A stretch of 64,000 bases of DNA from an uncultured Solirubrobacterales bacterium (GTDB lineage: Bacteria > Actinomycetota > Thermoleophilia > Solirubrobacterales > Solirubrobacteraceae), in contig CAWCIA010000004.1 in the NCBI GenBank assembly GCA_963795525.1, forward strand, positions 108,989 through 172,988, read 5' to 3'. This document shows, one piece after another, positions 57,722 through 64,000 of this stretch (within the stretch, counting starts at the first letter, position 1; each line of letters opens with the position of its first letter). The notes beneath the pieces were generated by a model. The model did no database searches. It was not told where the DNA came from and worked only from the letters and a program-made list of their open reading frames with translations. The position numbers and the translations under genes are program-made.

Positions 57722-59286
57722 CGCCCCAGCTCGCGGTTGCGCAGCTCGATCCGGCGGATCTTGCCGGTCAGCGTCTTCGGCAGCTCGGTGACGAACTCGA
57801 CCTTGCGCGGATACGCGTAGGCCGAATGGTGGTCGCGCACGAAGACCTTGATCTCCTCCGCGAGCGCGTCCGAGGCCTCGTGGCCGGCGGCGAGGATGAC
57901 GAAGGCCTTGACCACGTAGCCGCGGCGCTCGTCCGGCGAGGCCACGGCCGCGGCTTCGGCCACCGCCGGATGCTCGAGGCAAGCCGACTCGACCTCGAAG
58001 GGGCCGATCCGGTAGCCCGCGGAGATGATCACGTCGTCGGCCCGGCCCTCATACCAGAAGTACCCCTGCTCGTCGGTCCGCGCCGCGTCCTTGGTGTGGA
58101 ACCAGTCCCCGCCGAACACCTCCTCCGTGTCCTCCGGGCGGTTCCAGTAGCCGAGCGGGTAATGCGGATTGGAGCGGGCCTTCAGGCAGATCTCACCCCG
58201 CTCGCCCTGGGCGACCGGTCGCTCGTCCTCGTCGAGGATGGCCACCTCCCACCCGGGGAGCGGCTTGCCCATCGAGCCCTCGCGGACGTCCATGAAGGGA
58301 AAGTTTCCGCACAGCGGATAGGACTCGGTGAGCCCGTAGTAGTCGAGCACGGTGATCCCGTACTGCTCGCGGAACCAGCGGATGGCCTCGGGGTTCAGCG
58401 GCTCACCGGCCGAGCAGACGATGCGGAACCTCTGCGGGTAGCGCGTGCCGGCATCCGAGATGGACATCATCGAGCGGATCGCCGTGGGCGTCCCGAACAC
58501 GTTGGTCACGCTGTGCCGGGAGAGGAAGTCGAGCTGCTTGTGAGGGTCGAACCCGCCCTCGCGCTGGTACACGGCCTGGACGGCGCCGAAACGCCACGGG
58601 CCGATGAGCGGGCAGATGCCCGCAGCCCACGCCCACTCGCCCATACCGTGGAAGACCTCGTTCTCGCGGACGTCGTGGCAGTAGATGAACTCCTCGTGCG
58701 CGAGCAGGTACCGGTGGGCGTGCAGGATGCCCTTGGCCAGTCCGGTCGTGCCCGAGGAGTAGTAGAGCTGCGCCGGGTCATCGGCGGCGGTGTCGATGGT
58801 CGCGAAGGAGGGCTCACCGGCCGCGAGGAGCTCGTCGTCGAGGAGCAGCACGTGCTCGACCAGGCTGGGGTCGATGCGGCTCTCGTTGGCGGTGTTGGTG
58901 ATGAGCACCTTGGCCTGGGAGTCGGTGAGGCGGTGGCGGATCCCCTCGTCGCCGTAGAGGACCGACATCGAGAGGAGGATCGCGCCGGCCTTCCACACGG
59001 CGAAGAACGCGGCCGCCGTCTCAGGCGTCGGGGGCAGGAGCATGGCCACGCGGTCGCCTCGCTGCACGCCGTGCGCGGCGAGCACGTTGGCCAGGCGGCA
59101 GGCGTTGTCCTGGATCTCCCCCCAGAGGACCTCGCGCACCGTGCCCTGGAAGTCCTCGTGGACCATGGCGAGCTTCTCGCGCGGGTGCTTGTCGCAGACG
59201 TCGGAGGCGATGTTGTAGCGGGCAGGCACGTCCCAGCGGTGCTCGGCGCAGGCCTGCTCATAGGAGGAAATCGAGGTGGCGCTCAT
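57718..59286 (-). CDS. AMP-dependent acyl-CoA synthetase (medium-chain type)
   Basis: Start at MSATSISSYE (59286). YYSSGTTGLAKG, WFHTKDAARTDEQGYFWYEGRADDVI, TLTGKIRR. Confidence 0.88.
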   Translation of the reverse strand: MSATSISSYEQACAEHRWDVPARYNIASDVCDKHPREKLAMVHEDFQGTVREVLWGEIQDNACRLANVLAAHGVQRGDRVAMLLPPTPETAAAFFAVWKAGAILLSMSVLYGDEGIRHRLTDSQAKVLITNTANESRIDPSLVEHVLLLDDELLAAGEPSFATIDTAADDPAQLYYSSGTTGLAKGILHAHRYLLAHEEFIYCHDVRENEVFHGMGEWAWAAGICPLIGPWRFGAVQAVYQREGGFDPHKQLDFLSRHSVTNVFGTPTAIRSMMSISDAGTRYPQRFRIVCSAGEPLNPEAIRWFREQYGITVLDYYGLTESYPLCGNFPFMDVREGSMGKPLPGWEVAILDEDERPVAQGERGEICLKARSNPHYPLGYWNRPEDTEEVFGGDWFHTKDAARTDEQGYFWYEGRADDVIISAGYRIGPFEVESACLEHPAVAEAAAVASPDERRGYVVKAFVILAAGHEASDALAEEIKVFVRDHHSAYAYPRKVEFVTELPKTLTGKIRRIELRNRELGR

Positions 59287-59382
59287 GGCTGCATCATCGC
59301 GCCGGCCGCGAGCCGGCACAACCCCGAAGGCGTGCGGGCGTACCCGGCCGCACGCAGGGATAAGCTTGTTCACGAGAGCTCA

Positions 59383-60579
59383 ATGGAACTCGCGCTTGGC
59401 GTCTTGCTCGGAGCAGGACTCGCCGCGATCGCCGCGGCGCTCTGGCGATCCCGTCGTGCCTCGCGCCTGGCTGCGGCCCCTCAGGCGGGGATGCAGGCGG
59501 CGCTCCATGCCGCCACGGGAACGCTGCCCCACCTCCGCCGCGGTCTCAGCACGCCCACGGCCGAGAACGCCGTCCCCCACCTGCGCGCGCTCACCGGCGC
59601 GGCGGCGATCGCGCTCGCCGACACCCAGGCGGTCCTCGCGATCGACGGCGACGGGCGCGAACAGGTCCGGCCCGGCGATCTCCTCTCCCGCCTGCTCGCG
59701 CGCACCCGCGACGATCGCCTGCACATCGTGCAGCGCCTCATCTCCTCCGATCCGACGTGCCCACTGCGCTCGGCCGTGCTCGCACCCCTGCTGGTCAACG
59801 GCAAACGCGCGGGCACGCTCATCGCGTTCTACTACTCGACCGGCCGCCCGAGCTCGGACGAGCTCCGCGTCGTACAGGAGGCGGCCAGCCTGGTCAGCGC
59901 CCAGGTCGAGCTGTCGGTCATCGCCGATCAGGAGGAGCGGCTCGCCCAGGCCGAGCTCCGCGCGCTGCGAGCCCAGATCTCGCCGCACTTCATCTACAAC
60001 GCTCTCGCCGCCGTCGCCGGCGACATCCACGCCCGTCCCGAGGAGGCGCGCGAGCTGCTCATCGACTTCGCCGAGTTCACGCGCTACCTGTTCCGGGACG
60101 GCCGCTCCTACGTGACCCTCGGCGAGGAGCTCGCTCACGTCGAGCGCTACCTCCGTCTCGAACAGGCCCGCTTCCGCGACATCCTCCACGTCACCGTCGA
60201 CGCTCCGGCCGAGACACAGGGCGCGGTCGTTCCCGCCATGTCCCTACAACCCCTGGTCGAGAACGCCGTCCGCCACGGCGTCGAGCGACGGGCGGGCACC
60301 GGCCGGGTGGCGATCACCGCGCGGCTCGCCGGCGGCGACGTCGAGCTACGGGTGAGCGACGACGGCGTGGGCATCGAGCCCGATCGCGTGGCCGCCGTGC
60401 TGGCCGGCGCGGGCGGTGGCATCGGGATCGCCAACGTCGACGCGCGTCTGCGCGCGAGCTTCGGCGACCGCTACGCCCTGCGCATCGAGTCAGAGCCGGG
60501 CGCGGGCACTACGGCGATCATGACCGTGCCCAACCTGCAGGGTGAGCTCGCCGACCAGCCGCTGGCCTGGAGCACGTGA
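59383..60579 (+). CDS. LytS-type sensor histidine kinase with one N-terminal TM helix and a GAF-like domain (no 5TM LytS sensor module)
   Basis: Extracted from the spurious 1178-aa ORF. MELALGVLLGAGLAAIAAALW (TM), His_kinase motif ISPHFIYNAL, N-box LVENAVRHG, G-box DDGVG...GGGIGIAN. Confidence 0.85.
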   Translation: MELALGVLLGAGLAAIAAALWRSRRASRLAAAPQAGMQAALHAATGTLPHLRRGLSTPTAENAVPHLRALTGAAAIALADTQAVLAIDGDGREQVRPGDLLSRLLARTRDDRLHIVQRLISSDPTCPLRSAVLAPLLVNGKRAGTLIAFYYSTGRPSSDELRVVQEAASLVSAQVELSVIADQEERLAQAELRALRAQISPHFIYNALAAVAGDIHARPEEARELLIDFAEFTRYLFRDGRSYVTLGEELAHVERYLRLEQARFRDILHVTVDAPAETQGAVVPAMSLQPLVENAVRHGVERRAGTGRVAITARLAGGDVELRVSDDGVGIEPDRVAAVLAGAGGGIGIANVDARLRASFGDRYALRIESEPGAGTTAIMTVPNLQGELADQPLAWST

Positions 60580-61352
60580 GCGCCGACCGCCTCCACCTGC
60601 TCGCCGTCGACGACGAGCGTACGCAGCTCGAGGACCTGGCCAGGCTGCTGCGGAGCTTTGGCGCCGTCGAGGCGGTCGAGTGCGCGACCGACGGCCACGA
60701 CGCGCTCCACAAGCTCTCGAGCCAGGCCTACGACGCGATCTTCCTCGACGTGCGCATGCCCGGCCTCGACGGCATCGAGCTCGGCCGCGTCCTGCGCCGG
60801 TTCGCCTCACCGCCTCACGTCGTGTTCGTGAGTGCCTACGACAGTGCCGCGGTCGACGCCTTCGAGCTCCGCGCTCTCGACTACCTGCTCAAGCCCGTGA
60901 GCCGACGGCGCCTCGAGGAAGCCCTCGAGCGGGTGATCACTGCGGTCGAGCGCGGCGGCGCCCCGCGGAGCGCCGAGGCGACCGAGCGCGCGCGCTCCGA
61001 GGCGCCGGCGAACGGGAGCAGCGAGATGGTCGCGGTCTCGAACGTGCGCACTGGGGCGACGCGGCTCGTCGCGCGCAACTCGATCCTCTACGCCCAGTCA
61101 CACGGCGACTTCGTCCGCATCGTGACTCCCGACGGCCGCTATCTGCTCCGCGCCACGTTGACCGAGGTCGAGCGGCGCTGGGAGGCGCACGGCTTCGTGC
61201 GCGTCCATCGCCAGTACCTGGCCAACCTGGCCCGCGCCATCGAGCTGCGACCGCAGCTCGGCGGGACGGCCGAGCTGCTCTTCGGGGACGACCACGTCAT
61301 CCCGGTGGCTCGGCGGCAGACGGCGGAGCTGAGCCGCCGTCTGCACGTCTGA
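60576..61352 (+). CDS. LytR/AlgR-family response regulator (REC + LytTR DNA-binding domain)
   Basis: 258 aa. LLAVDDE, DAIFLDVRMPG, LytTR C-terminus FVRVHRQYLANL. GTGA overlap with the kinase gene. Confidence 0.9.
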   Translation: MSADRLHLLAVDDERTQLEDLARLLRSFGAVEAVECATDGHDALHKLSSQAYDAIFLDVRMPGLDGIELGRVLRRFASPPHVVFVSAYDSAAVDAFELRALDYLLKPVSRRRLEEALERVITAVERGGAPRSAEATERARSEAPANGSSEMVAVSNVRTGATRLVARNSILYAQSHGDFVRIVTPDGRYLLRATLTEVERRWEAHGFVRVHRQYLANLARAIELRPQLGGTAELLFGDDHVIPVARRQTAELSRRLHV

Positions 61353-61388
61353 GCCTGGACCGGAGCCCGTTAGGGCACGAAGCCCCCC

Positions 61389-63389
61389 TTACGCCTCCGC
61401 GTGGGCGTGCTCCTCCTTGATCTTCTCCTCGAGCTGCGCCATCACGTCCGGATCGCGAAGCGTGGTGACGTCGCCGAGCGCGCGGCCTTCGGCGATATCG
61501 CGCAACAGCCGCCGCATGATCTTTCCCGACCGGGTCTTGGGCAGGTCGTCGGCCCAGATGATGCGCTTGGGCCGGGCGAACTTGCCGATGCGCTCGGCCA
61601 CCGTGGCGAGGATTTCCGACTCGAGCCGCTCGGAGCCGTAGAGCTCGCCCTGGAGGGTGACAAAGGCGCAGATAGCCTGGCCCGTGTCCTCGTCGGACTG
61701 GCCGATCACCGCCGCCTCGGCCACCTTCGGGTGCGAGACGATGGCCGACTCGACCTCGGCCGTGGACAGCCGGTGGCCCGAGACATTGACCACGTCGTCG
61801 ATGCGGCCGATGATCCAGAAGTACTCGTCCTTGTCCTTGCGGGCCGCGTCACCGACCAAGTACGTCTCCTTGCCGAAGCGGGAGAAGTACGTCTCGACGA
61901 ACCGGTCGTCCTCCTTGTAGAGGGTGCGCAGCATGGACGGCCACGGCCGCTTGAGCACGAGCAGCCCCTGACCGTCGCCGATCGGCTTGCCCTCGCGCTC
62001 GTCCACCACCTCGGCGAGCACGCCGGGGAACGGCTGCGTGGCCGAGCCCGGCTTGGTCGCCGTGATGCCCGGGAGTGGGGTGATCATGATGCAGCCTGTC
62101 TCGGTCTGCCACCACGTGTCGACGATCGGGCAGCGCTCGCCGCCGACCACGGTGTAGTACCAGAGCCACGCCTTCGGGTTGATCGGCTCGCCGACGGTCC
62201 CGAGCAGGCGCAGCTTCGACAGGTCCGCCTTCTCGACGTGCTCAACCCCCCACTTGATGCAGGCGCGAATGGCCGTCGGAGCGGTGTAGAAGATCGTCAC
62301 CCCGTAACGCTCGGCGATCTCCCACCACACGCCCTTGTGCGGATAGTCGGGCGCGCCCTCCCACATGACACCGGTCGCTCCGTTGCACATCGGGCCGTAG
62401 ACGATGTAGGAGTGGCCGGTGACCCAGCCCACGTCGGCGGCGCACCAGTACACGTCTTCCTCGGGCTTGAGGTCGAAGATGTAGCGATGCGTCGTCGCCA
62501 CCCCGGTGAGGTAGCCGCCCGTGGTGTGCAGAACGCCCTTCGGCTTGGCCGTCGAGCCGCTCGTGTAGAGGACATAGAGCGGGTGCTCGGCGTCGAGCTC
62601 CTCGGCCGGGCATTCAGCCTCGGCCGCCTCCATGATCTCGTGGAACCAGACGTCCCGGCCGTCCTTCATCTCGCACTCGGCCTCGGTGTGCTTGACCACG
62701 ATGATGTGCTCGAGCGTGTCGAGGTCGGCCATGACCTTGTCGACCTGCTCCTTGATCGGAGCCGTCTTGCCCTTCCGCCGCGCCCCGTCGACGGTGACAA
62801 GCGCCTTGGCCTCGGAGAACTCCATGCGCTCCTTGACCGAGTCCGCCGAGAAGCCGCCGAAGACGACGTTGTGCGGCGCGCCGATGCGGGCACAGGCCAG
62901 CATGGCCACGACGACCTCGGGAATCATCGGCAGGTAGATGCCGACGATGTCGCCTTTCTCAATCCCCAGGTCCTTCATCGCATTAGCGAAGCGCTGGACG
63001 TCGCGGTGGAGGTCGGCGTAGGTGAGATCGCGCTCCTCCCCCTCCTCACCGCGCCAGTGGAAGGCGACCCGGTCGCCGTTACCGGCCTCGACGTGGCGGT
63101 CGAGGCAGTTGTATGACGCGTTGATCTTGCCGTCCTTGAACCACTTGTAGAACGGCGGGTTCGACTCGTCGACCGTCTCGGTCGGCTCCTTGAACCAGTG
63201 CAGCTCCTTCGCCCGCTCCAACCAAAAGCCCTTCCAGTCCGCCTCGGCCGTCTCGTAGATCGACGGGTCGTCGATCAGGGCCTTCTCCTTGAAAGCATCC
63301 GGCGGCTCGAACGTCTCGATCTTGAGCATCTCCTCAAGCTTCTGCTCGAGCCCCTCGTCGCCCACCTTGGCAGATGCCGTGTCAGCCAT
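61389..63389 (-). CDS. acs: Acetyl-CoA synthetase (acetate--CoA ligase)
   Basis: 666 aa. YTSGSTAKPKGVLHTTGGYL, WWQTETG, GDAARKDKDEYFWIIGRIDDVVNVSGHRL, SGKIMRR. RBS GGAAGGAAGAGG. Confidence 0.96.
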   Translation of the reverse strand: MADTASAKVGDEGLEQKLEEMLKIETFEPPDAFKEKALIDDPSIYETAEADWKGFWLERAKELHWFKEPTETVDESNPPFYKWFKDGKINASYNCLDRHVEAGNGDRVAFHWRGEEGEERDLTYADLHRDVQRFANAMKDLGIEKGDIVGIYLPMIPEVVVAMLACARIGAPHNVVFGGFSADSVKERMEFSEAKALVTVDGARRKGKTAPIKEQVDKVMADLDTLEHIIVVKHTEAECEMKDGRDVWFHEIMEAAEAECPAEELDAEHPLYVLYTSGSTAKPKGVLHTTGGYLTGVATTHRYIFDLKPEEDVYWCAADVGWVTGHSYIVYGPMCNGATGVMWEGAPDYPHKGVWWEIAERYGVTIFYTAPTAIRACIKWGVEHVEKADLSKLRLLGTVGEPINPKAWLWYYTVVGGERCPIVDTWWQTETGCIMITPLPGITATKPGSATQPFPGVLAEVVDEREGKPIGDGQGLLVLKRPWPSMLRTLYKEDDRFVETYFSRFGKETYLVGDAARKDKDEYFWIIGRIDDVVNVSGHRLSTAEVESAIVSHPKVAEAAVIGQSDEDTGQAICAFVTLQGELYGSERLESEILATVAERIGKFARPKRIIWADDLPKTRSGKIMRRLLRDIAEGRALGDVTTLRDPDVMAQLEEKIKEEHAHAEA

Positions 63390-63467
63390 AGAACCCTCTT
63401 CCTTCCTGCGCTCCTCGCGTCTGGCTTTCAGATTGCGCGTTTTGGCGTCTCACATCCGACAGCCCGC

Positions 63468-63491
63468 GGCGCCGGCGGGGTCGCCGGCGCC
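63468..63491 (-). terminator. Perfect 10-bp GC hairpin between satP and acs
   Basis: GGCGCCGGCG-GGGT-CGCCGGCGCC, in the 187-bp satP-acs spacer. Confidence 0.5.
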
Positions 63492-63576
63492 TGGGCTGCC
63501 GCAACATGCGGCGATGACTCCCTAGTTCTACCGAACGCAGGGCTTCAACAACAGACCTTTTGTTAGTTCCCTGTCC

Positions 63577-64000
63577 TTATCGACGGAGCGGGAACACGGG
63601 CGCGACGATACGTCCGAAGGTCGAGTTGATGACGGCCGCGAACGACGCGTACCACGCGGCGAGCGCGGTCGCGATGCCGAAGTAGCCACCGAGCTTGATG
63701 GTGCCGTTGGTCACGTTCGTCGTCCCGGCGAGGGCGGAGTTCCCGATGCCGAGGATGATGTACGTGATCGCCAGCAGCAGGAACACCAGGGCGACAGCCC
63801 CCGTGGTCCGCAGCGAGGCCACGAACATGTACGTCGTGAAGATGCCCCACATCCACAGGTAGAGTCCGAGACCGCTGAAGAATACGGTCGGCACGTTCTT
63901 TCCCGCGGACTGGACGATGAAGAAGAACGAGATCCAGAACGCTCCGTAGGAGCAGAACGCCACCGCGCCGAACGTGTTGCCGGTGCGGAACTCCCAGATT
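63577..64000 (-). CDS. satP: Acetate/succinate uptake channel (GPR1/FUN34/YaaH family), N-terminus beyond the window end
   Basis: The frame stays open to the window edge (..IWEFRTGNTFGAVAFCSYGAFWISFF..). Family motif GNTFG..AF.SYG.FW and multiple TM helices. Confidence 0.85.
   Translation of the reverse strand, partial: IWEFRTGNTFGAVAFCSYGAFWISFFFIVQSAGKNVPTVFFSGLGLYLWMWGIFTTYMFVASLRTTGAVALVFLLLAITYIILGIGNSALAGTTNVTNGTIKLGGYFGIATALAAWYASFAAVINSTFGRIVAPVFPLRR

Noticed and set aside
63417-63450. Two GCGTCT hexamers 28 nt apart in the acs upstream spacer, considered as LytTR direct-repeat binding sites.
   Set aside because: Only 6 nt are shared, the period (28) does not fit the usual LytTR spacing of about 21-22 bp, and the flanks do not match. 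That is too weak to report as a site.

Overview
Very GC-rich (about 70% or more by eye) chromosomal segment that looks like an Actinomycetota core genome. The lineage guess rests only on gene content: furA-katG, tRNA-Ser next to tadA, and a 14-gene nuoA-N operon. About 60 protein genes are dense and mostly confidently assignable. They include a secreted GH3 beta-glucosidase, an EAL-HDOD protein, a 1-Cys peroxiredoxin, an aconitase-family protein, furA-katG, an APC permease, tadA, an S8 protease and a Usp/metallophosphoesterase/LysR/STAS-RsbW stress cluster. Further along are a MacB-type ABC exporter, a FadD + acyl-CoA desaturase + ferredoxin reductase + divergent TetR module, an FAD-linked oxidase, glutathione peroxidase, an M29 aminopeptidase and serS. 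The rest comprises a cytochrome c / cupredoxin-like lipoprotein pair, the complete nuoABCDEFGHIJKLMN operon (39686-54727), a two-domain ThyX-like protein with an FkbM methyltransferase, an acyl-CoA synthetase, and a LytS-like kinase / LytTR regulator beside acs and a partial satP. There are two tRNA-Ser genes (anticodons CGA and GGA). I see no CRISPR array, no intact IS, integrase or prophage, and no recognisable defence system or toxin-antitoxin pair. I cannot point to a clear-cut new multi-gene system. The most unusual things are non-coding: a 128-nt long inverted repeat with AT-rich cores (31552-31679), an 11-copy 10-bp tandem array (33474-33583), decayed DNA on the 3-prime flanks of both tRNA-Ser genes, and an AT-rich perfect palindrome after nuoN. 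The best gene-level candidates for uncharacterised biology are the ThyX-like/FkbM pair, the single-TM LytS/LytTR pair next to acs-satP, an aconitase-family protein with a displaced cluster cysteine, and several micro-ORFs. All homology statements come from motif recognition by eye, not from database searches.
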